Source: Deltaproteobacteria bacterium
Lineage (GTDB): Bacteria; SAR324; NAC60-12
NCBI GenBank assembly: GCA_038150265.1
Contig: JAYOTF010000011.1
Span: 11,130 to 75,129, forward strand
DNA: 64,000 nt
Direction: 5' to 3'
The notes beneath the pieces were generated by a model. That model saw only the letters and a program-made list of their open reading frames with translations, had not been told where the DNA came from and ran no database searches. Shown piece by piece: positions 46,436-55,800 of this stretch; within the stretch, counting starts at the first letter, position 1; every line of letters begins with the position of its first letter. Both the position numbers and the translations under genes were made by a program.

Positions 46436-46978
46436 ATGACCATGCCTCCGGAAATCCACTACCGCGCTGATGCGGCCTTCACGACAGAAGACGATGCCCA
46501 GCTCCGGCACCTGCTCACCACCTGCTTCACCAAGCCGCAGGACCAGATCTTTCAGCAGCAGCGCTACTTCCGGGAGCCCTATGCGCACCGCTGGGTGATC
46601 CCCGGACCACCCCCAACGCTTTGGGCGCACGTGGGCCTGCACCTGAAGGAGGTCCGGACTCGAGAGCAGGGGTTTCCGATTGGGGGAATCTGTGAGGTCT
46701 GCGTCCATCCGGAGGTTCGGGGACGCGGCTACGTTCGGGAAATGCTCAAGGTCGTGCACGCCTGGGAAGCCGCAGCAGGCCTGCCCTTTTCCCTGCTCTT
46801 TGGAGAGCCCTCGGTGTATCAGTCCAGCGGCTACCGAGAGGTCCGGAACCTGGTGTACCACCCGCAGGGCGGAGCGTGGACGGAAGAAGCGGTGGTGCCC
46901 TTGCCGGTGATGGTCCGGACTTTGGGGGAGCAACCGTGGCCCGAGGAGACCGTGTTTCTCCCCGGACCCAAGTTTTAG
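46436..46978 (+). CDS. GNAT-family N-acetyltransferase
   Basis: GICEVCVHPEVRGRGY (acetyl-CoA binding motif A) and VYQSSGY. Confidence 0.8.
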   Translation: MTMPPEIHYRADAAFTTEDDAQLRHLLTTCFTKPQDQIFQQQRYFREPYAHRWVIPGPPPTLWAHVGLHLKEVRTREQGFPIGGICEVCVHPEVRGRGYVREMLKVVHAWEAAAGLPFSLLFGEPSVYQSSGYREVRNLVYHPQGGAWTEEAVVPLPVMVRTLGEQPWPEETVFLPGPKF

Positions 46979-47045
46979 GCGACGCTAGCGCGAGGGGTGA
47001 GGCCCGTTTGCGGTCGCGTCGTGCCGCCTGCCTGAAGCACGGGCA

Positions 47046-48008
47046 TCAGCCCTTGAGCTTGGCCACACTTTCCTCAAGAGCCGGGAGTGCCTTGAAGAGG
47101 TCACCCACGATGCCATAATCCGCGACCTTGAAGATTGGGGCATCCGCGTCCTTGTTGACGGCAACCACAATTTTTGAATCGGACATGCCCGCGAGGTGCT
47201 GGATCGCTCCGGAGATGCCGAGGGCCACATAAAGCTGCGGCTTCACCTGCGTTCCGGTCTGGCCCACCTGGTGCTTGTGAGGCAGCCACCCGGCGTCACA
47301 CACCGCCCGGGACGCCCCGAGCGCCGCCCCCAGCTGCTGGGTCAGCGGGCGGGCTTTTTCTGCCCCTTCCGGACCGCCCACCCCACGTCCCACCGACACC
47401 ACGACAGGCGCATCCGTCAGTGAGATTTCGTTGCTTTCCTCCACTTCCACCCCCAGGGTCTGGAGGCGGGCGTCGGCTTCCGGCACCGTCAGGGCGACTG
47501 TGTTCGCCGCGCAGGCAGGCTGGTCGTTCAGGGCAAAGCTGCCCCCGCGGATGCTGAGGACCTTGACGCCACTGTGCTTGAAGCGGCTCTTCTGAATCAG
47601 CTTGGTTGCCATGCAGGGCCGCTCCACCGTCACGGTTTCGCCGTCAACGGTCACCCCCGTGACGTCACTCAAGGCACCGACGCCGAGGCGCGCGGCCACC
47701 CGGGGCGTGAGGTCTCGTCCCATCTCAGAAGAGTTGAGCCAGACCATGGAGGCTCCGGACTGCTGGGCCGCATCGGCCACCGCCTGAGTGTAGGAAAGGG
47801 TGTGGTAGATCGCCAGGGAGGCGGCATCGGCGACATAAACCGTCTGGGCGCCCAGTCCGGCGGCCACATCGGCTTCTCCAGCCACCCCTTCACCGATCAG
47901 GACCGCATCAGCCGGAATTCCCAGCCGACCGGCTTCACTGAGCAGTTCCTTGGTGCCTTCCTTGAGTGCACCGTTCTTGAATTCAGCAACAACCAGAATT
48001 TTGGACAT
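47046..48008 (-). CDS. etfA: electron transfer flavoprotein subunit alpha
   Basis: [52 protein letters not shown]. Confidence 0.95.
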   Translation of the reverse strand: MSKILVVAEFKNGALKEGTKELLSEAGRLGIPADAVLIGEGVAGEADVAAGLGAQTVYVADAASLAIYHTLSYTQAVADAAQQSGASMVWLNSSEMGRDLTPRVAARLGVGALSDVTGVTVDGETVTVERPCMATKLIQKSRFKHSGVKVLSIRGGSFALNDQPACAANTVALTVPEADARLQTLGVEVEESNEISLTDAPVVVSVGRGVGGPEGAEKARPLTQQLGAALGASRAVCDAGWLPHKHQVGQTGTQVKPQLYVALGISGAIQHLAGMSDSKIVVAVNKDADAPIFKVADYGIVGDLFKALPALEESVAKLKG

Positions 48009-48018
48009 GGGGTTCCTT

Positions 48019-48804
48019 TCAGGCAAAGAGGGAGGTCGAGTCTTTCAGTAGCTGCATCACTTGCGGGACGGTTTCGGCTTCGTCTCCTTCAAACTTTCGC
48101 CCCTCCTTCTGCAGCTGTGGCGTCTCGTACCCCAGGGTTTCGATCATCACCCCATCGGTGCTCAGGAGGCTTGCGTCCAGGCCCAGGGAGTCGAGCGCCA
48201 CTTCTTCCATGGGCTTCTTCTTCGCCATCATGATGCCTCGCATGGAGGCGAGCCGGGCTTCCGCCATGCTGTCGTTGACGGTCGCCAGTCCGGGGAGGGC
48301 CATCTTGAAGATTTCGGTGCCGGCATCGCCCTTGCGGCGCAGGGTGACTTCTGAATCAGAAAGGTCGGAAAAGCCGGTGATGTTGGTCACCTGAGGCAGG
48401 TTGAGGAACTCGGCCAGCATGGTGGGGGTGAGTCCGGAATCGGAATCCTGGGCCTGCTTTCCTGCCAGAATGAGGTCGTAAGAGCGGCCTTCCAGCACCT
48501 TTGCCAGAACGCTGGCCGTCTGAAAGGAGTCCCAGCCGTCTGTGGAATCACAGGACACGTGGAGGGCCTTGTGGGCGCCGATCGCGAGCGCCTTGCGGAG
48601 GGCTTCCTGCACCCGAGCAGGTCCGATGGACAGCACGGTGACTTCTCCGCCAGCGGCTTCGGTCATCTGAAGAGCGGCTTCCAGTGCCGTTTCATCCCAG
48701 CCCCCAATGACCCAGCTCACGCCATCTTCCACGAGGGCCCCATCGTTCACCTTGATGTTCAGCGCAACATCCGGGGTTTGCTTGATCAGTACAATGATAT
48801 CCAT
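48019..48804 (-). CDS. etfB: electron transfer flavoprotein subunit beta
   Basis: VLIKQTPD, ALEAAL, LRKALAIGA, GKQAQDSDSG, RLASMRGIMMAKKKP. Confidence 0.95.
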   Translation of the reverse strand: MDIIVLIKQTPDVALNIKVNDGALVEDGVSWVIGGWDETALEAALQMTEAAGGEVTVLSIGPARVQEALRKALAIGAHKALHVSCDSTDGWDSFQTASVLAKVLEGRSYDLILAGKQAQDSDSGLTPTMLAEFLNLPQVTNITGFSDLSDSEVTLRRKGDAGTEIFKMALPGLATVNDSMAEARLASMRGIMMAKKKPMEEVALDSLGLDASLLSTDGVMIETLGYETPQLQKEGRKFEGDEAETVPQVMQLLKDSTSLFA

Positions 48805-48958
48805 GTTCAACTCTGCTGCAGGAGGCGGCCTGGACCGAGCAGGAAGGGTCCACCGCGTGTTGTCAGTGATGAGAGAAATGGAAGACAGGCTCCCACTTCA
48901 GAGGACGGTTATGAGCCTTTCAGTGTAACGGATTGCGCAGGCTGATGCTACTGTTGCT

Positions 48959-49489
48959 TCAGGTGGATTCCAGGACTGGAATGGGGATGAGGCGGAAGGC
49001 GTGTCCGGTCGCCTGAAAGAACTGCTCCAGCGCCTCCCGCGAAAGCTGCAGGGTGCTGGTATTGATCAGCGGGTGACAGAGGATGAAGCGTTCCTGCCAG
49101 AGGTCTTCATCAATCAGCACCTCCACCTGCTGCGTTTCATCATGAAAGAGCCCCAGCAAACTCACGGATCCCGGCTCCAGACCGAGGTGCTCCCTGAGGC
49201 GTTCCGGAGAGGCAAAGCTCAGCTTGCTGGAACCCGTCACGGCAGAGAGCCGCTTCAGGTCCACCCGCTTGTCTTCCTCCACCGTCACCAAAAAGTGCCG
49301 CTCGCCTTTTTTGTCCCGGAGAAAGAGGTTCTTGGTCTTCCCGCCTTCCATGTCTGGACAGAGCACCTTCGATTCTTCCACCGTAAAGACGGCAGGGTGA
49401 TCAAAGCGGGTGTAGGCCAGGTCATGCGCATTCAGGAAGGCATACAGGTCAGAAACACGAGCGTCAGGGGGAGGGGGAGCGGTGGGCAT
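48959..49489 (-). CDS. prolyl-tRNA editing protein ProX (YbaK-like)
   Basis: HPAVFTVEE, KNLFLRDKK, LSFAS, PGSVS, HPLINTST. Confidence 0.9.
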   Translation of the reverse strand: MPTAPPPPDARVSDLYAFLNAHDLAYTRFDHPAVFTVEESKVLCPDMEGGKTKNLFLRDKKGERHFLVTVEEDKRVDLKRLSAVTGSSKLSFASPERLREHLGLEPGSVSLLGLFHDETQQVEVLIDEDLWQERFILCHPLINTSTLQLSREALEQFFQATGHAFRLIPIPVLEST

Positions 49490-49492
49490 GAT

Positions 49493-50260
49493 TCAGTAGT
49501 TGGCTTCTTCGACTTCTTGCATTTGTTCCATGAAGCGCTGGACGGCTTCAGTGAGCGCCGACCGCATTTCGGCGCGCTCTTCAGGGTCGGCACACTGCAG
49601 GATCTGCTCCGCGTAGGTCGTCAGCTGCTGCAGGGACTCATGAAGCTGCGCGTCGTCCATGCGGTAGTACCAATCGGACGCCGACTCTTCCGGCTCCGGC
49701 TCCGGAATCGCCAGGGACTGTTCTTCCTTGTGGCGCTTCAGGGTTTCCCGAAGCTCCCGGATGGACGGGGCCGCCTTCTCCCCGCGGGCTTCATTCCAGA
49801 TGCGCTCACGCTCTTCCGGCGTATCGCAGCTGCTCAGGAGGTAGGCGCCAGAGGCGGTGTAGCGTCCAATGAGCTCGGGCTGCTCCGCGTAGGTTTCGGC
49901 CACCTTGCGACACTGCATGGCCGAGGAGTAGGGCATGTTGATGTTTTCGGCGTACCACGACTTGACCTGCTCCGTGGTGAGTCCGGACTTCCGCAGAGCC
50001 TTGTGCAGCGCACACAGGTGCAGGCCCAGCTGAAAGTAGTCATCGGCAATGTTGTCGATGTAGCGGTTGATCTGGTCCACCACCAGCTTCATCCGCTCCG
50101 TGCCTTCATCGACATTCTCGGGGTGGAGGTCGAGTTCCGGAACAAAGAAGTTGCTGCGGTGGACGTTCCCTGGAGGCGTGACGGGGTCCAGCAGGTCCCG
50201 GGAGCCCTCGCGCTCAATGCTGGACTGCGGCTTGAGTTCGATGTTAAGTCCCTTGGCCAT
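49493..50260 (-). CDS. hypothetical protein with a DUF3102-like helical region; putative ParA partner
   Basis: RBS GGAG then ATG 50260, overlapping the ParA 3' end. IADDYFQLGLHL..VKSWYAENINMPYSSAMQCRKVAE resembles DUF3102; the C-terminus is acidic and helical. Confidence 0.65.
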   Translation of the reverse strand: MAKGLNIELKPQSSIEREGSRDLLDPVTPPGNVHRSNFFVPELDLHPENVDEGTERMKLVVDQINRYIDNIADDYFQLGLHLCALHKALRKSGLTTEQVKSWYAENINMPYSSAMQCRKVAETYAEQPELIGRYTASGAYLLSSCDTPEERERIWNEARGEKAAPSIRELRETLKRHKEEQSLAIPEPEPEESASDWYYRMDDAQLHESLQQLTTYAEQILQCADPEERAEMRSALTEAVQRFMEQMQEVEEANY

Positions 50261-51038
50261 GGCTCCGTCGCTCCTTTTCCCGTTGTGCAATGCGGCGCAT
50301 GATCTCCTTGCAGAGGGCGTCATACATGTAGGCGCCGCGGGTTCGCCCGCCCCGGTAGTCGAAGATGTTCTGGTGAAACGCCGGGGCTTCCTGAATGGAA
50401 ACGCTTTCCTCAATGTGGTGCTCAAACATCAGCTCCGGCCAGCGTTCCTGCAGCCCCTTGCGGATGGTCTGAGACAAATTGGTCCGGGGGTTGTAGCGGG
50501 TGATGGCGACCCCCAGGACCTCGGCCTTGCACTGCCCCAGCGACTGCTTCTGGAACTCGGCAATGTACTCCATGATCTGGTCGCAGCCGCTGTACCCGAG
50601 GTAATCGGTCACCACCGGCACAATGATGTAATCGACGTACATCAGCAGGTTCCGGCTCAGGTCGCTCCAGCTGGGGGCGGTGTCGACAATCACGATCCCC
50701 TGTGCAATGGGCGCCAGGATTTCTTGCAGCAGGACATCCTTCTGACGGGCTTGTGCCAGCAGCTGAGTCGCCTCCACAATGTCCGTGCCTCCGGACGGGA
50801 GGAAGTGGAAGTGCTTGTCGAGGGTGAGGAAGTCGAAGGTCTTGACGCGACCGAGGATGATGTTTGCGAGGTTGCAGACGTGATCGCGCTGAAAAATCGT
50901 CGTCACGTTCGCCTGAACATCGGAATCGATCAGCAGCACTTCTCGACGGGCCTTGGCAATCCGGGCCGCCAGGTTCACAGAAAGGCTGGTCTTGGCCTGT
51001 CCACCTTTCATGGACATCACAGCGATTTTGATGCTCAC
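50244..51038 (-). CDS. ParA/Soj-family ATPase
   Basis: Deviant Walker A KGGQAKTS, LLIDSDVQAN, IVDTAPS, IIVPV, GVAITRY, IQEAP, GAYMY. Confidence 0.88.
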   Translation of the reverse strand: MSIKIAVMSMKGGQAKTSLSVNLAARIAKARREVLLIDSDVQANVTTIFQRDHVCNLANIILGRVKTFDFLTLDKHFHFLPSGGTDIVEATQLLAQARQKDVLLQEILAPIAQGIVIVDTAPSWSDLSRNLLMYVDYIIVPVVTDYLGYSGCDQIMEYIAEFQKQSLGQCKAEVLGVAITRYNPRTNLSQTIRKGLQERWPELMFEHHIEESVSIQEAPAFHQNIFDYRGGRTRGAYMYDALCKEIMRRIAQREKERRSHGQGT

Positions 51039-51246
51039 GCAGCTCCAGGGAGAGGTACTTGAATGCTTGGACGCAAAATTTACGAAAATAGCAACGTCCG
51101 GTCAAAAGACAAGCTGACTCACCATGGTCGGCAAAAACCCGCTTGCGGGAAGGCGGACTCCCTCTTGGCGTTCGCCCCGACCCGTGGCAGAATGGGAGGC
51201 TTGGTCCCCCGCCTCTCCCTCAATTTTCTTCCGGAAGGACGCTGAC

Positions 51247-52776
51247 ATGGATTTCCTCAAACGACTTGGACTCGACCCCCTGCTTTCTGGGGCCGTCACC
51301 GGCGCGACGCCTCACCCCTGCACCGGCCCCACCCTGACGGTCACATCGCCGATTGACGGGCGCGAGCTGGCACAGGTCCAGCAGGCCAGCGCAGCCGAGT
51401 ACGAGGTCCTGGTCCAGCAGGCGCAGGAGGCCTTCCTCCAGTGGCGCACCCTCCCCGCTCCGCAGCGCGGCGAAGTCGTCCGACAGATCGGAGACGCCGT
51501 CCGGGCTCACAAGCAGGACCTCGGCGCACTCGTGTCCTGGGAGGTCGGCAAGATCACGCAAGAGGGAGAAGGCGAGGTGCAGGAAATGATCGACATCTGC
51601 GACTTCGCCGTTGGGCTGTCTCGGCAGCTGTATGGCCTCACCATGACCTCCGAGCGTCCGGGGCACCGCATGTTTGAACAGTGGCACCCGCTGGGGCCCA
51701 TCGGCATCGTCACGGCGTTCAACTTCCCGGTCGCGGTGTGGTCCTGGAACGCCATGATTGCCGCAGTGTGTGGCAACACGATGATCTGGAAGCCCAGCCC
51801 CAAGGCGCCCCTGTGTGCCCTGGCGCTTCAGAAAATTGCCGGGCAGGTGCTGGAGCGCAACGGGCTGCCGGCCGGAGTCTTCACCACCCTCGTCGGCACC
51901 AATGAGGACATCGCCGCTCGCCTGGTCGACGACCCGCGGATTCCGCTCATCTCGGCCACGGGTTCCACCGCGATGGGGCAGGTCGTCGGCCAGAAGGTCG
52001 CGGCTCGGCTCGGACGCTCGCTGCTCGAGCTCGGAGGCAACAACGCCATCATCGTCACCCCCAGCGCCGACCTCAAGATCGCCATTCCCGGAATCGTCTT
52101 TGGCGCAGTCGGCACCTGCGGGCAACGCTGCACCAGCACCCGGCGCCTGATCATCCACGACTCCATCTACGAGACGGTCAAGGAGCGCCTGGTCCGGGCC
52201 TACCAGCAGCTGGACGACCGCATTGGCGACCCCACTCAGCCCGGCACCCTGATCGGCCCCATGATTGACGACGCTGCCGTGGACCGCTTCCTGGAGGCCA
52301 TCGCCGCCCTTCAGGCGGCAGGAGGCACCCTGCTGCATGGCGGTGAACGCCTCTCCGGAATGCCCTCCGGACGCTACGTCCGCCCTGCGCTGGCGGAAGC
52401 AGAAAACGCGTGGCCCGTGGTGCAGCAAGAAACGTTTGGGCCCCTGCTCTACCTCATCCGCTACCACACGCTGGAGGAAGCCCTGGCCCTGCAGAACGGC
52501 GTGCCCCAGGGGCTTTCCTCCGCCATCTTCACTCAGAATTTGCTGGAGTCCGAGCAGTTCCTCAGCGCCTCCGGATCCGACTGCGGGCTCGCCAACGTCA
52601 ACATTGGCACCTCCGGAGCTGAAATCGGCGGGGCCTTTGGAGGCGAAAAGGAAACCGGCGGTGGACGGGAGTCCGGATCCGACGCCTGGAAGGCTTACAT
52701 GCGGCGGCAGACCAATACCCTCAACTACTCCTCGGCCCTCCCCCTGGCGCAGGGCATCCGCTTTGACCTCGAGTGA
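51247..52776 (+). CDS. aldehyde dehydrogenase, ALDH7 / piperideine-6-carboxylate dehydrogenase-like
   Basis: GEVQEMIDICDFAVGLSRQLYG, AFNFPVAVWSWN, LELGGNN, GQRCT, SDCGLANVNIGTSGAEIGGAFGGEKETGGGRESGSDAWK. Confidence 0.93.
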   Translation: MDFLKRLGLDPLLSGAVTGATPHPCTGPTLTVTSPIDGRELAQVQQASAAEYEVLVQQAQEAFLQWRTLPAPQRGEVVRQIGDAVRAHKQDLGALVSWEVGKITQEGEGEVQEMIDICDFAVGLSRQLYGLTMTSERPGHRMFEQWHPLGPIGIVTAFNFPVAVWSWNAMIAAVCGNTMIWKPSPKAPLCALALQKIAGQVLERNGLPAGVFTTLVGTNEDIAARLVDDPRIPLISATGSTAMGQVVGQKVAARLGRSLLELGGNNAIIVTPSADLKIAIPGIVFGAVGTCGQRCTSTRRLIIHDSIYETVKERLVRAYQQLDDRIGDPTQPGTLIGPMIDDAAVDRFLEAIAALQAAGGTLLHGGERLSGMPSGRYVRPALAEAENAWPVVQQETFGPLLYLIRYHTLEEALALQNGVPQGLSSAIFTQNLLESEQFLSASGSDCGLANVNIGTSGAEIGGAFGGEKETGGGRESGSDAWKAYMRRQTNTLNYSSALPLAQGIRFDLE

Positions 52777-52887
52777 CGGAAAAACACGGCTGGCTCATGA
52801 CAGGGTCAGCCGGATCTGATACGGTTGCGTCTGGTGCGTCCCGGCACCTTCCTCAAGCCCTTCACCTTATTTGTCCATGGAACCGAA

Positions 52888-55800
52888 ATGACGCTTCGCC
52901 TCCCTGCTCTGATTGGCAACAAATCGACCATTGAGAAGCAACTGAATGCCCTCAGCCTGGTCCAAAAGGAGCTGCTGGTCAACCTGATGCTGGTTAACGA
53001 ATCCATCTCCAAGTCGAACCTGTTTGCCAAGATGTCAACGGTCTTGTTCAGCGAAGACACGAGGAACCGTACCAAGCTCTACAAGGCTTGGGAACAACTT
53101 GAGCGCGACGGATGGTTTCAGAGGGGAGAGTTCAACAAGCAGGCCCTGCTCACACCCTTTGCTCGAGGAGCGGCGCGAGTCATTGGCCGCAGCCATCCGG
53201 ACCTGGCCAAGGCCTCTGCCCTTTACCGGAAGCACCGACAGTCTCATTGGGGCTGGTGGGCCACCCAGTACCACCTCGATCTGGACGACAGTGAGGAGCG
53301 GTGGCTGCTGGGAGACCCGGAAGGGATCGAGGCACTCTTGAACAAGCTGGAAGCAGGACCGTCTCAGGCGACGAAGCCGTCGAAAGAGCGGGATGAAGAG
53401 ATCGAGGCCCTCCTGAGCAAACTGTCAACGGACCCCATTCAGTCGATCAAGCGGGATGAAGAGGTGGATGAAGAGCTTCGCCTCGAAATCGAAATCAACG
53501 TCATGGAGCTGCTGCTCAACCCCTGGATTCCGGAGCAGTTTTCCCAATTGAGTGTTCCGCATCAGTTCCGAATGCTGCACATGGCGCTCAACTCGTTTGT
53601 CACCCTGGAGTTCCCGGTGGCCCAGGAGGTCTTCGAGTACGCAGAGAGCCTGCTCCATCACGTCTCATCCGGAGGAGCCATTCTGGCGGGATCTCTGGCA
53701 ATCGTGTACCTGAGGCAAGGACGCTGGGAGCAGGCAAACGCGCTTCTGAATGCCCTGCCTCAGGACCACTTCACGTACTGGCAGGGACGCGGCACCCTGG
53801 AGTTCATGAGGGGCAATTATGCCGAAGCGCTGGACGCCTACCAGCAGGGCTTTCCGCTGTTCAACAGGGGCATCCGAGGACGCAAGCACCCCCTTCCCGG
53901 CCTCGCAGGAAACCTGATGCCCCTTGCCATGATTGGCGCTGACCCGGAAAAGGGCATTGATGCGGCCGTCGGTTTTTTGCAAAAGCTGGCGCTGACGGGA
54001 CGCCCCTTTCTGAAGACGCTCCAAAGCAACCTGACCGCGACGGTGCCCAAGTTGACGGATCGGGACATGGAGCCGGACATCAGCGCCCGGTGGCTGAATC
54101 TTTTCCTGGGCTACTGGAGCGGAGACACCCAAAAACGACCTTACCTCTCTGACCCGCTTCTCCAGACATTTCAGGCCCATCAATTCGTCTGGGACCTCAG
54201 TCAGTTGGTCCACCTGCAGCACGCCACCAAGGAGCCTCCGTTTACCTCTCCCAGGGGGTTCGCCAAGCATGGTTTTGGCAACCTGACCGAACTGCGTCCC
54301 AAGGAAGAAGAATGGGAGCGCACCCTCAAAACCCTCTCGGCCTTTGGAAAGGCGCGCTCAGTCTCGGCCACCAGGAAGACTCAGCAAAAACGCCTGGCTT
54401 GGGTGATCGACATTCGAGGAGAAGGGATCACGCCAGTGGCCCAGATCCTCAACAAATCCGGAAACTGGACGGGCGGACGAGCCGTTGCGCTGAAGCGCCT
54501 GAAGAACGGCCTGCCCTTCATGGAGGAGCAGGACTACCAGGTCGCCTCCCAGGTCCGGGAGTACCACCACTACTACGGAGCCAGGGAGTATGAGTTGCCC
54601 TTTGAGAAGGCGATTCCGCTGCTGGTGGGGCACCCCCTGCTGTTTCAGACAGGCGCTACGGAACTGCCCCTGGAACTGGTCGCAGGCACTCCGGAACTGC
54701 TCGTGCAGGAAACCGCCAAGGGCTACCAGATCAAATTCCCCTACCAGCTCAAGTCAGACTCCTCAGTCGTCTTGCAGAAGGAGACCCCCACCCGTTACCG
54801 AGTGATTTCCTTCTCTCAGGAGCAGCTTGATTTGCTGGGAGCGGTTGAGCAAAAATCCGTGACCATTCCGCTGGCAGGAAAGGAGAAACTGACCCAGGCT
54901 CTGGAAAACCTGAGCCCCATCATTTCCATCACCTCTCCGCTTGGCATTGGCGAAGAGGACCTCCCGGAGGTTCCGCCCAGCACTCGGATTCATGCGCACC
55001 TGCTTCCGCTGGGCGAGGGGCTCCGGTTGGAGTTGCTGGTGCGCCCCCTCGGCGACGGAGGCCCCTACACGCAACCCGGACGGGGCAGCACCCTCTGGAT
55101 TGGAGAGGTCGACCAGGAACGCAAGCGGACGAAACGGTCGCTGAAGAAGGAACAGCAGGAGTACAACAGGGTGCTGGCCCAGGCTCCCCTCCTCAGCGAG
55201 TGGCCTCATGAGCAAGGCGAGTGGCGCTTTGAGGCCCCGGAAGACTGCCTGGAGATCCTTCAGGAACTGCAGGAGCTCGGCGAGCAGGTGCAGGTGGAGT
55301 GGCCGGAAGGACAGAAGCTCAAGCTGTCTCGGCTGGTCGACTTTGAAAACCTGGCGCTGCGCATCAAGCGCCACCGAGACTGGTTTCAGGTGGAAGGAGA
55401 GCTTCGGCTCAGCGACGAGCAAACGCTGTCGCTGCAGGTCCTGCTGAATCACCTCAAGCAACGCAGGGGCCGATTTGTCCCGATTGGCGACCAGGAGTTC
55501 CTCACCCTCACCGACCAGTTCCGCAAACGCCTGGAGGAGCTTGATGCCTTTACCGAACGCTCCGGAAACCAACTCCGGCTGCCCGACTTTGCGGCTCCGG
55601 CTCTGGAGGACTGGGTGGAGTCGGTGGGAGCCCTGGAGGCTGATCCTTCGTGGAAGGAACGGCTGAACAAGCTGCGGGACGCCCAGAGCCTGAACCCGGC
55701 GGTGCCGTCTACCCTGCGAGCGCAGCTGCGGGATTACCAGCAGGAGGGCTTCACGTGGCTCACGCGTCTGGCCCACTGGGACGCAGGCGCCTGCCTGGCC

